A DNA stretch of 64,000 nucleotides from Candidatus Nanosyncoccus sp. (GTDB lineage: Bacteria; Patescibacteriota; Saccharimonadia; Saccharimonadales; Saccharimonadaceae): positions 9,837 to 73,836 of the forward strand of contig JAZPZQ010000022.1 of NCBI GenBank assembly GCA_045544765.1, written 5' to 3'. Below, piece after piece: positions 9,992 to 19,221 of this stretch (the first letter of the stretch is position 1; every line of letters starts with the position of its first letter). The notes under the pieces were generated by a model. It saw only the letters and a program-made list of their open reading frames with translations, searched no databases and was not told the origin of the DNA. The position numbers and the translations under genes are program-made.

Positions 9992-11035
9992 ATGAACTAC
10001 ATTGGCAGCAAGTTATCTTTACTAGATTTTATCGAAAAGTCCGTAGATGAAGTTACTTCAGGCGATTATGCTTCTGTTTGCGATTTATTTGCTGGAACTG
10101 GAGCAGTCGGAAAACACTTCAAAAAGAAGGGCAAAAAGATTGTTTCCAATGATATACAAACATACAGTTATGTCCTAAATCGCCATTATATCGGCAATCA
10201 TAAGCCTCTAGAGTTTAATGGCCTTAAGCAAGAAATTAGCGATCTAGATAAAAGCGATAATAAAATTGCTACTGTTTGCGACTATCTCACGAATATTCCT
10301 GGGGAGGATGGCTTTATTTTTACCAATTATTGCCTCGGTGGCGGTCAAGGAAGACAATATTTTTCCGATGAAAATGGGAGGAAATGTGATGCAATTAGAA
10401 ATACAATCGAAACTTGGTACAAGGTCGACAAGATAAACGAAGATGAATATTACTGTCTTCTTTGCTCTCTTCTTGAGAGTATTGATAAGGTAGCAAACAC
10501 AGCGAGCGTATATGGTGCATTTCTTAAGTCTCTAAAGAAGTCAGCGCAAAAGCCCCTTGAACTTATTCCAGCAGAACTAATCATAAATGAGAATGAGCAT
10601 TTAGTATTTAATGACGATGCGAACAAGATAGCAAGCGAACAATATGTTGATGTCCTATATTTAGATCCACCATATAATCAACGCCAATATGCTACAAACT
10701 ATCATCTGTTGGAAACTATCGCCAAAAATGATAACCCTGAAATTCATGGCAAAACTGGGCTCCGTGAATATAAGAAGCAAAAGTCATTATATTGTTCTCG
10801 CTCTCAAGTCAAAAAAGCATTTTCAGATTTAATAGCAAACGCAAAAGCAAAGTATATCTTCCTAAGCTACAACAACGAAGGGCTTCTTTCTCTAGAAGAC
10901 ATTGAAGAAATCATGGGCAGTCGCGGAGAATATGGCTTTTTCACAAAAGACTATCATCGATTCAAAGCAGACGCGGGCAGGGATTACTCCGCAGATAGAA
11001 CAATCGAATATTTACACTATGTAAAGTGCGCTTAA
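9992..11035 (+). CDS. D12-class N6-adenine DNA methyltransferase (M.NlaIII/FokI-like)
   Basis: MNYIGSK...CDLFAGTGAVG...YLDPPYN. Confidence 0.9.
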   Translation: MNYIGSKLSLLDFIEKSVDEVTSGDYASVCDLFAGTGAVGKHFKKKGKKIVSNDIQTYSYVLNRHYIGNHKPLEFNGLKQEISDLDKSDNKIATVCDYLTNIPGEDGFIFTNYCLGGGQGRQYFSDENGRKCDAIRNTIETWYKVDKINEDEYYCLLCSLLESIDKVANTASVYGAFLKSLKKSAQKPLELIPAELIINENEHLVFNDDANKIASEQYVDVLYLDPPYNQRQYATNYHLLETIAKNDNPEIHGKTGLREYKKQKSLYCSRSQVKKAFSDLIANAKAKYIFLSYNNEGLLSLEDIEEIMGSRGEYGFFTKDYHRFKADAGRDYSADRTIEYLHYVKCA

Positions 11036-11083
11036 ATGTCTTGTTGTGCCGATAAATCTAATTACAGGAACTTCATTTTTTGA

Positions 11084-11550
11084 CATCTTCGTATCTGTAA
11101 AAGTGGTAAAAAAGCTTCAAGATATGGCAAGAATGATGTGTCTAATTTCTTAAGGTCATTCGTCATATGTAAGCATTGTGGCAAAACTATGTCCACTAGT
11201 ATCGTAGGTGGTGAAAGAAACTCATTTAGATTTAGATGTAATACAAAAAGCTGTCCAATACGGAATAAAAGCCCTGCAGGTTCATTATTGCGTGATTACG
11301 CAGTCGAATTTTTGAAAACGCAACTAAATAGACCACACGCTTCGTGAACCATTCGATAAATTGGACGATAATGGCGATAATAATACTTGGCTGGAACTTA
11401 AGTACCTTGATAGGAACCGAAGAAGAGGACAAATTCTGCATAATTAAGTCGCGAATTACGGTCCTTAAACCGCTGTTACAGAGGTGTGATGCGCAGGAGC
11501 TAAATCCATGGAATCCATGGCTCTGGCTGGAGCCGAACTACAAACGCTAG
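11084..11550 (+). pseudogene. Decayed large serine recombinase remnant (zinc-ribbon and C-terminal fragments)
   Basis: Frame of ORF 11138 reads ...NFLRSFVICKHCGKTMST...RFRCNTKSC...DYAVEFL, an LSR Zn-ribbon signature, with no N-terminal catalytic domain. The next frame ends ...PWLWL. Confidence 0.6.
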
Positions 11551-11671
11551 TCTTTGGCGGTTTTGGCGAAAAATAGATGCTTTTACGACCCCTGTAGGGC
11601 CGTTTTTTGACTTTATGCTCGAACCGAGTTGTGACATGAAACATGCGCCAGATGATATAATTGAAGCAAGT

Positions 11672-12451
11672 ATGGCATTCGATTTCAAGAAAGAATATAA
11701 AGAGTTTTATATGCCGAAGAATAAACCGGCGATTATCGAAGTGCCAAAGATAAACTATATCGCCGTTAGAGGCAAAGGCAACCCCAACGAAGAAAACGGA
11801 GATTATCAGAATACTTTAGGCCTACTATATGGCATAGCTTATACGCTAAAAATGAGTTATAAGGGCGATCATAAGATAAATGGGTTCTTTAAGTACGTTG
11901 TACCACCACTAGAGGGCTTTTGGTGGCAAGATGACAAAGACGGCATAGATTACGATCATAAAGAAGATCTAAACTTTATCTCAATTATTCGTTTACCGGA
12001 CTTTGTAACGAAAGCTGATTTTGACTGGGCGATAGAAGAAGCCACCAAAAAGAAAAAACAAGACTTCTCTAGGGTGGAGTTTTTAACTTATGACGAGGGC
12101 TTATGCGTCCAATGTATGCATATTGGGAGCTACGACGACGAACCGGCTACCGTTGAATTGATGCATAAATACATGCAAAATAACGGACACGAACTCGATA
12201 TAACTGATAAAAGATATCACCACGAGATTTATCTAAGCGATCCAAGAAAATGTGACGCAAGCAAGCTTAAAACCGTAATCAGACACCCAATTAAGAAAAG
12301 TGGCTGGTCGGAAGAAGCTTGTAAAAACATGATGGAATTAATAGAAACCGTTAAGAAGATCGAGAAAGAGCAAGCTAAAATGACGCCGGAAGAAAAGAAA
12401 CGCAACGAGTGGGCAGCTTGGGACGGCGACACTATGCTGTTTAAATATTGA
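11672..12451 (+). CDS. GyrI-like small-molecule-binding domain protein
   Basis: MAFDFKKEYKEFY, VPPLEGFWW, HIGSYDDEP, HHEIYLSDPR; ~45-aa extra C-terminal tail. Confidence 0.85.
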   Translation: MAFDFKKEYKEFYMPKNKPAIIEVPKINYIAVRGKGNPNEENGDYQNTLGLLYGIAYTLKMSYKGDHKINGFFKYVVPPLEGFWWQDDKDGIDYDHKEDLNFISIIRLPDFVTKADFDWAIEEATKKKKQDFSRVEFLTYDEGLCVQCMHIGSYDDEPATVELMHKYMQNNGHELDITDKRYHHEIYLSDPRKCDASKLKTVIRHPIKKSGWSEEACKNMMELIETVKKIEKEQAKMTPEEKKRNEWAAWDGDTMLFKY

Positions 12452-12461
12452 TACCGCCTCG

Positions 12462-12932
12462 ATGGCGCAACCTCAAAGAAACGAGGTTATGATGGCAAAA
12501 CGCCGCATATACAAGAAGTCAAGGAATGGCGAGCCTATTAAGGTGACCGCCAGGCAGCTTCATCAACTCTACGTTAAGCACGAAGGTATCCTTACTTCGC
12601 GCGAATATAGCGATCTAAAGAATATGGAGCTGGTAGATTCAAACATTAGAGACGCCAAATGGGCGCTTAGAGAGTTTGATGACGAAACGCTGCTCGGAAC
12701 TTGGGATAAGGAGATGCGCTTTGGCTATGGAAAACGCATTTATATCCATTACGACGGCGAGGACAAGGATAAATACTTCTTCTCTCTCGCCTACATTCCA
12801 CGCGCCCTAAATAACCGCGACGTAAACGAAGCGATTCTGCGCATGTATTTCGTACGACGTTGGACCGTAACGAAACTTTGGCTTTGGGCCGAACCAGTAG
12901 ATATTACACCAAGCTACGGCCGCGAATTCTAG
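12462..12932 (+). CDS. Hypothetical protein
   Basis: 156-aa ORF; likely true start ~12492 after a GAGG SD; no motif recognised. Confidence 0.65.
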   Translation: MAQPQRNEVMMAKRRIYKKSRNGEPIKVTARQLHQLYVKHEGILTSREYSDLKNMELVDSNIRDAKWALREFDDETLLGTWDKEMRFGYGKRIYIHYDGEDKDKYFFSLAYIPRALNNRDVNEAILRMYFVRRWTVTKLWLWAEPVDITPSYGREF

Positions 12933-13150
12933 AAAATAAAGTGTCAGAAAGTCAATAGATAGCATCCACTTGATCACAATCGGACTTTTGGCCTTTTTCG
13001 TGCAGAAAACAGGGATAAAGTTTTTTCTTGACCTGAAATCGCTAAATGTTGTGAAATATGTGCGTGAAAAGCCGGTCGCAGGCGCCGAAAAGAGTGCGTT
13101 TCATGATATAATTAAGCTAAGGATATTTATAAATTTAATGTGGAGATAAC

Positions 13151-14656
13151 ATGATTGTCGGAGACTTACGCAACAAAGTGGATTCCATCTGGGATACGAT
13201 TTGGACCGGTGGTATTACTAACCCGATTACTGCAGTTGAGCAGATTACTTATTTAATGTTCATTAAGCTGCTTGATGACAATCAGCAGAAGGACGAATCG
13301 AAAGCTAATTCCCTCGGTATTCCACTGGAGCGCAAAATCTTCGGAGAAGGCGTCTGTGTAATCTCCGAAAAACCTCGTCTCGAAGCAAATTACGAAGATA
13401 TGCGTTGGCACGTTTTTCATAATTTCGATCCAGAGACTATGTTTAATACCGTAAAGGACTACGTCTTCCCATTCATTAAGACGATCGGCGACTCCACATT
13501 TAGTAAATACATGGATAGCGCAACGTTCCTAATCCCTACACCACTGGTTCTCTCTAAGATTGTAGATGGCATCGATGCCATGGATATGAATAATAAAGAT
13601 ATCATGGGTGATGTCTACGAATATCTTCTTAGTAAAATTGCCGCTTCTGGCCAAAACGGTCAGTTCCGCACTCCGCGCCACATCATCAATATGATCGTGG
13701 AACTCATGCAACCGACACTCAATGATAATATCCTGGATCCAGCTATGGGCAGCGCCGGATTCTTGCTCTCAACTATTCGTTATGTCGGCGAACATCAAGA
13801 AGATGATCTTATGGTGCCAGAAAAGCGCGATTACTACCGCTCTAAGCTTGTTACTGGCTTTGATACCGACCAATCTATGCTTCGTATTGGAGCAATGAAC
13901 TTAATGCTCCACGGTGTCGATAGTCCAAACATCAAATACCAAGATTCGCTTTCAAACGATAATACCGAGCGCGAAGCTTACTCTATGATTATGGCTAACC
14001 CACCATTTGCTGGTAGCCTTTTCCCAGATCAAGTGTCAAAGGATCTTCTCTCACTAGCCAATACGAAGAAAACAGAACTCTTGTTTGTTGCGTTATTTAT
14101 CAAGACACTAAAGATTGGTGGCCGCTGTGCGTCAATCGTCCCGGATGGCGTCTTATTTGGTAGTAGTACGGCCCACAAGGCGCTACGCAAAGAACTTGTC
14201 GAGAATCAGAAGCTTACCGCCGTAATTTCTATGCCTTCGGGTGTATTTAAGCCATATGCAGGCGTTTCTACGGCAATCTTAATCTTCACCAAGACCGATA
14301 CTGGCGGAACCGACAAGGTTTGGTTCTATGATATGAAAGCTGATGGCTTCAGTCTAGATGATAAGCGCGCCGCAGTAAAAGAAAACGATATTCCAGATAT
14401 TATCGAACGCTTCCATAATTTGAATAACGAAGAAGATCGTAGGCGTACCGACCAATCATTCTTTGTACCTAAAGACGAAATCGCAAAGAATGGTTACGAT
14501 CTTTCTATTAATAAGTACAAAGAAGTAGAATACGAGAAAGTCGAATATCCACCAACATCTGAAATTCTTGCCGATATCGAGAAATTAGACAAGGAAGTGG
14601 CCGATAACCTTGCCGAATTAAAGAAATTATTAACCGAAACAAATTCGAATTTGTAG
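13151..14656 (+). CDS. hsdM: Type I R-M methyltransferase subunit
   Basis: GQFRTPRHII, DPAMGSAGF, ANPPF, SINKYKE. Confidence 0.96.
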   Translation: MIVGDLRNKVDSIWDTIWTGGITNPITAVEQITYLMFIKLLDDNQQKDESKANSLGIPLERKIFGEGVCVISEKPRLEANYEDMRWHVFHNFDPETMFNTVKDYVFPFIKTIGDSTFSKYMDSATFLIPTPLVLSKIVDGIDAMDMNNKDIMGDVYEYLLSKIAASGQNGQFRTPRHIINMIVELMQPTLNDNILDPAMGSAGFLLSTIRYVGEHQEDDLMVPEKRDYYRSKLVTGFDTDQSMLRIGAMNLMLHGVDSPNIKYQDSLSNDNTEREAYSMIMANPPFAGSLFPDQVSKDLLSLANTKKTELLFVALFIKTLKIGGRCASIVPDGVLFGSSTAHKALRKELVENQKLTAVISMPSGVFKPYAGVSTAILIFTKTDTGGTDKVWFYDMKADGFSLDDKRAAVKENDIPDIIERFHNLNNEEDRRRTDQSFFVPKDEIAKNGYDLSINKYKEVEYEKVEYPPTSEILADIEKLDKEVADNLAELKKLLTETNSNL

Positions 14657-15799
14657 ATGAGTATGGATAATACAATAAGACTAAAAGATGCATGCAAAAT
14701 TCTAAATGGTTTCGCATTTAAGAGTAGTAAATATGTCGATTCGGGAATTCGGATTATCCGTATAGCAAATGTCCAGAAAGGATACGTTGAAGACGAAAAG
14801 CCAGCATTCTATCCAGACTCCGAAGAACCACTAATTCGCGACTATATGCTTGAAGAAAATGATCTTCTTTTATCGCTTACCGGAAACGTCGGACGTGTTG
14901 CATTGCTAGATAAGAAATGGCTACCGGCCGCACTTAATCAACGTGTCGCTTGTTTGAGAATTAAAGATGACAGAATCATAAAAGACTATTTATACTTCGC
15001 ATTGCTTTCTGATAAATTTGAGAACGATTGTATTAAATCATCAAAAGGCATTGCGCAGAAGAATATGAGTACCGAGTGGTTAAAAGACTACGAAATACCT
15101 CTGCCGAGTGAGCAAAGGCAACGAGAAATTGTCTCTTCACTAAAACATTTATCCGCAATTATCAAAAATAAAACTGAGCAAATTCGACAATTAGACAATC
15201 TCATCAAAGCCCGATTTGTCGAGATGTTCGGCAATGTCGTAGCCAATGATAAAGGATGGCCTACCGAGCCAATATCAAAGGCGGCACCCACAAGCTCACC
15301 AAAAATCAAAAACAACGAAACGGTTTGGCTTCTTAACCTAGATATGGTCGAATCGCAATCTGGCAAGGTGATAAGCAAGCTTATCGTTTCTGAAGACAAA
15401 ATTAACGCCTCTACATGTACTTTTGATGAAAATAATGTTCTCTATTCTAAGCTTCGTCCATATCTAAATAAAGTCGTTTTGCCGGATCAAGAAGGTTATT
15501 GCACTACTGAATTAGTCCCATTAAAGCCAGGCAAAGAACTTACCAGAGAGTTCTTGGCCACATTGCTAAGAAGTGACGCATTCGTGGGCTACATTAATGA
15601 AAAGACCGCCGGCGCGAAAATGCCACGTGTTTCAATGAATATTTTTAGGCAATTCGAATGTATCCTACCACCAATTGCACTGCAACAACAATTTTCAGAA
15701 TTCTATAACCAAGTCGACAAATCAAAATTTGCCGTACAGAAGTCACTCGAAAAGACTCAACAATTATTCGATAGTTTAATGCAGGAGTATTTTGGCTAG
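14657..15799 (+). CDS. hsdS: Type I R-M specificity subunit, expressed allele (TRD1 + TRD2a)
   Basis: Two TRDs, central KARFVEMFG, C-terminal QVDKSKF...DSLMQEYFG; starts immediately after the hsdM stop. Confidence 0.95.
   Translation: MSMDNTIRLKDACKILNGFAFKSSKYVDSGIRIIRIANVQKGYVEDEKPAFYPDSEEPLIRDYMLEENDLLLSLTGNVGRVALLDKKWLPAALNQRVACLRIKDDRIIKDYLYFALLSDKFENDCIKSSKGIAQKNMSTEWLKDYEIPLPSEQRQREIVSSLKHLSAIIKNKTEQIRQLDNLIKARFVEMFGNVVANDKGWPTEPISKAAPTSSPKIKNNETVWLLNLDMVESQSGKVISKLIVSEDKINASTCTFDENNVLYSKLRPYLNKVVLPDQEGYCTTELVPLKPGKELTREFLATLLRSDAFVGYINEKTAGAKMPRVSMNIFRQFECILPPIALQQQFSEFYNQVDKSKFAVQKSLEKTQQLFDSLMQEYFG
15204..15228 (+). repeat. Shufflon repeat A, copy 1
   Basis: TCAAAGCCCGATTTGTCGAGATGTT. 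Exact inverted copy at 17326-17350; 20-bp direct copy at 18631-18650. Confidence 0.92.
15713..15732 (+). repeat. Shufflon repeat B, copy 1
   Basis: GTCGACAAATCAAAATTTGC. Inverted copy within 16819-16850; direct copy within 19132-19163. Confidence 0.92.
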
Positions 15800-15851
15800 A
15801 AAGCATCTCCTTTTGTTAGTGGAGGTTCTAATCTAACAAAAGGAGTTATTA

Positions 15852-16820
15852 ATGGAGGAAACCATTAAATACATTTTGGTGGATATGGACGAATATCTCA
15901 CCGCAAATCAGTCACAAAAACTACAACGCGTACTTGTTTCGCGCTTAACAAAAGAAACGAGATCGATAAATGGCATTTCGAACGACAACTATCTGTCAAT
16001 GTTTCTGAATGCCAAAAAGATAGAAGGATGTTCCGAGCGGACTCTATCCTACTATAAAACTACCGTAGAAAAGCTATTAGACAAAATAGACGACCCAATA
16101 CGCAAAGTAACAACTGATGATATACGGGATTACCTTGCTAACTATCAAGGCTTAAATGGTTGTAGCAAAACGACAATCGATAATATCCGCCGCAATATCT
16201 CGAGCTTCTTTACTTGGCTTGAGGAAGAAGACTATATCATTAAAAGCCCAATGCGTAGGATCCATAAAATCAAAACCACAAAAACCGTGAAAGAAATAAT
16301 CTCGGACGAAGAAATCGAAAAAATGCGCGACAGATGCAGTAGCTTACGCGACCTGGCAATTATTGACCTTCTCTACTCGACCGGAATTAGAATTGGTGAG
16401 CTCGTAAGACTTAATATTGACGACATAGACTTTGAAGAACGCGAATGCATAGTTTTCGGCAAAGGCGACAAAGAGCGGCGCGTATATTTCGATGCTAAAA
16501 CCAAGATACACCTAATGGGCTACATAAATAGCCGCTCTGACGCAAATCCTGCCCTTTTTGTGACGCTTGACGCGCCTTACGATAGATTACAGATATCTGG
16601 CGTAGAAATCCGTCTGAGGCGCTTAGGACGCGAATTAGGCATAAATAAAGTTCACCCTCATAAATTCCGCCGGACTATGGCGACACGTGCAATCGACAAA
16701 GGAATGCCGATCGAGCAGGTTCAGAAACTACTAGGACACTCTCAGATCGATACGACCATGCATTACGCGATCGTAAATCAAACAAACGTAAAAGTCGCAC
16801 ACCGTAAGTTCATCGCTTAG
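15852..16820 (+). CDS. Tyrosine recombinase (shufflon invertase/integrase)
   Basis: STGIRIGEL, GKGDKER, HPHKFRR, LGH...TTMHY catalytic residues; sits between hsdS cassettes. Confidence 0.95.
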   Translation: MEETIKYILVDMDEYLTANQSQKLQRVLVSRLTKETRSINGISNDNYLSMFLNAKKIEGCSERTLSYYKTTVEKLLDKIDDPIRKVTTDDIRDYLANYQGLNGCSKTTIDNIRRNISSFFTWLEEEDYIIKSPMRRIHKIKTTKTVKEIISDEEIEKMRDRCSSLRDLAIIDLLYSTGIRIGELVRLNIDDIDFEERECIVFGKGDKERRVYFDAKTKIHLMGYINSRSDANPALFVTLDAPYDRLQISGVEIRLRRLGRELGINKVHPHKFRRTMATRAIDKGMPIEQVQKLLGHSQIDTTMHYAIVNQTNVKVAHRKFIA

Positions 16821-16850
16821 CGCAAATTTTGATTTGTCGACCTGAGCAAC
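16819..16850 (-). repeat. Shufflon repeat B, copy 2 (inverted)
   Basis: 32-bp exact reverse complement of 19132-19163; its 20-bp core matches 15713-15732. Confidence 0.92.
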
Positions 16851-17515
16851 AAAGGCGGCGAACACGTCAATGCTCGCTTTATCGGGGACTGGAAGTTTAA
16901 CCTTATCGAGCATATATCGAGTTATCTGGTTAATTGTTGTGGTTCCTGTAGATATTTGCGAACGAAATTCTGGCAGCTGAAAATAAGTCATGAGATATGG
17001 GTAATAATCGCTTCGTACAATCATCATGAACGCGCCGAAGCTCATTTGTTCCTGAAGGTCGGGAATGAGTGCAACTTTCCCGACAAGCTTAGCACTACCG
17101 TTCCTTGAGCACATCAGAATATCATTTTTCTTTACCATCTTTTTGTCGCCGATGTCGCATTTTACGCGGACAATGTCATTAAGATCTAACCGCATGCTTT
17201 GTATGTTGCTTGAACGCAAAACAATAGTTCCGTCATTTGACACGTCTGTCGGTTTATAAGTTAGCCCGTTCCAATATTCGGCTATGTCTGAAAGTGGTTT
17301 AATTGGGTATGTTTTTGAGTCGTTAAACATCTCGACAAATCGGGCTTTGACTAACTCATCTAACTGAATTAATTCTTTGTTTCTATCGGAGATTATGGAC
17401 TCGATTTTTCGCAAAATCATGCAGGCGCGCTTTTGCCTCTCTATATCTATCCATTCGATTTCGTAGTTGCTTAGATACAAATCGGTTTTAAGATTGTGGA
17501 GACCTGTTGTTTTTT
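16822..17515 (-). pseudogene. hsdS: Silent inverted hsdS cassette (TRD2b plus truncated tail of an alternative TRD1)
   Basis: ...KTTGLHNLKTDLYLSNYEIE...KARFVEMF...QVDKSKF; no intact start and no proper C-terminal tail. Confidence 0.85.
17326..17350 (-). repeat. Shufflon repeat A, copy 2 (inverted)
   Basis: AACATCTCGACAAATCGGGCTTTGA is the reverse complement of 15204-15228. Confidence 0.92.
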
Positions 17516-17558
17516 TTGTGAATAAATGTTATAACATATTTAACAATAAGGAGGATTT

Positions 17559-18527
17559 ATGAATTATAAAAAAATAGTAGTTGCTGGTGGTGGAGTTTTA
17601 GGTAGTCAAATAGCCTTTCAATCAGCATATTGTGGATATGATGTAACAATATGGTTAAGAAGTGAAGATAGTAAAACAAGAACACAACCTAAGCTAGATG
17701 CATTAAAAAAAGATTATATTGAAACCATCGAGTCTTTAGACACTAATGATGAGAATAGTTGGGCAAGAGGAATATCTGACATTGATAGTTTTAATAAAGA
17801 GGAATGTTTAAAAAAAGTTGATCTTGCCTATAACAATATTAAATTAGAAGTTGATATGAAAGAAGCAGTGAAAGATGCAGATTTGGTAATTGAATCTATG
17901 GCTGAGATTAAAGATGAAAAAATTAAATTTTATCAAACTTTAGCTCCATTGTTAGAAGAAAAAACGGTTATTGTAACTAACTCTTCTACTCTATTACCAT
18001 CTATGTTTGCTAAATATACAGGAAGACCCGAAAAATATTTATCACTTCATTTTGCAAACACAATATGGGTTAAAAATACAGCCGAACTAATGTCTCATGA
18101 TGGAACCAACAAAAAATATTTTGATGAAATTATGGAATTTGCAACAAGTATTCGAATGCTACCTCTTCCAGTATTAAAAGAAAAATCAGGATATCTATTA
18201 AATTCTATGCTTGTACCATTTTTATTAAGTGGTATGGATTTATTAACGAATGGAATATCTGATGCTCAAAGTATTGATATTGCCTGGAAAAGAGGAACAG
18301 GAGCTCCAAAAGGACCATTTGAAATTATTGATACTGTAGGATTGACAACCGCAAAAAATATAGTTGAACAATATCAAAAAGTTCCTGGATTAATGAGTCC
18401 ATTATTAAAGAAAATGATGCTACCATATAATTATAAAGGCATGCTTAATATGTTAAATAAATACATTGACGAAGGTAAATTAGGAAAATCAACAGGCGAA
18501 GGTTTTTATAAATATGACAAATCATAA
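17559..18527 (+). CDS. 3-hydroxyacyl-CoA dehydrogenase, AT-rich foreign gene
   Basis: GGGVLGSQIA Rossmann motif, DLVIESMAE, TNSSTL, LHFAN, GPFEIIDTVGL, GKLGKSTGEGFY; strong GGAGG SD. Confidence 0.92.
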   Translation: MNYKKIVVAGGGVLGSQIAFQSAYCGYDVTIWLRSEDSKTRTQPKLDALKKDYIETIESLDTNDENSWARGISDIDSFNKEECLKKVDLAYNNIKLEVDMKEAVKDADLVIESMAEIKDEKIKFYQTLAPLLEEKTVIVTNSSTLLPSMFAKYTGRPEKYLSLHFANTIWVKNTAELMSHDGTNKKYFDEIMEFATSIRMLPLPVLKEKSGYLLNSMLVPFLLSGMDLLTNGISDAQSIDIAWKRGTGAPKGPFEIIDTVGLTTAKNIVEQYQKVPGLMSPLLKKMMLPYNYKGMLNMLNKYIDEGKLGKSTGEGFYKYDKS

Positions 18528-18630
18528 TCATTTGCAAATGTCATAATGTTGTGTTATATTTTATTTAGTAATTGAGAAAATCGTGAGTTCATAGATTTGT
18601 GCCGATTTTTCGTAAACACGTTAAATTGAG

Positions 18631-19163
18631 GCCCGATTTGTCGAGATGTTTTATGATACTGATAGCGAACGAGTAAAGATAGCTGAATTAGTTGAGCAGA
18701 AAATTCCGACTGCTAAAAAGGATTTTGAGAGCGATGCAGAGATTAAGTATATTGATATCTCATCTATCGACAATAAACGCAATATAATGACTGGATTTAC
18801 GAAATACAAAATGTCGGACGCACCTTCTAGGGCGCAACAGCATGTACAGTTTGGCGATATCCTCATATCTACTGTAAGACCAAATTTAAAGAATGTTGCC
18901 ATGGTTTCTCTTGATAGCGATAATCTGGTCGCTTCTAGCGGATTTTGTGTCTTGAGATCTAAAAAATGCACTCCAGAGTTTCTAATGGCTATAGTTTGTT
19001 CCGATAAATTTACGGACGCAATGATTAATGTTGTTACAGGCGCAAACTACCCCGCAATAAAGAACTCAGACGTATTGAATTACTGCGTTCCATTACCGAG
19101 TGAAGAACAACAAAGGAATTTTTCAAACTTCGTTGCTCAGGTCGACAAATCAAAATTTGCGCT
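18631..19163 (+). pseudogene. hsdS: Silent TRD2c cassette bounded by repeat A (18631-18650) and repeat B (19132-19163)
   Basis: MFYDTD...STVRPNL...STG-like SSGF...GANYPAI...QVDKSKF; lacks TRD1. Forms the first ~170 aa of ORF 18646..22356. Confidence 0.85.
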
Positions 19164-19221
19164 TCAAAAATCCATCATAAGCCTTATGAATTTATGCAGT
19201 TTATGGTATAATATGAGTAAT

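Noticed and set aside
16731-16821. C-terminal ALSDELTVCD... of ORF 16731..17480 as a functional HsdS tail
   Set aside because: It is antisense to the recombinase 3' end beyond repeat B; the cassette is silent.
18646-19221. A currently expressed TRD-HsdR fusion from ATG 18646
   Set aside because: That ATG is inside repeat A with no evident SD, and hsdR has its own -10 and ATG at 19222. Kept only as a potential post-excision product.
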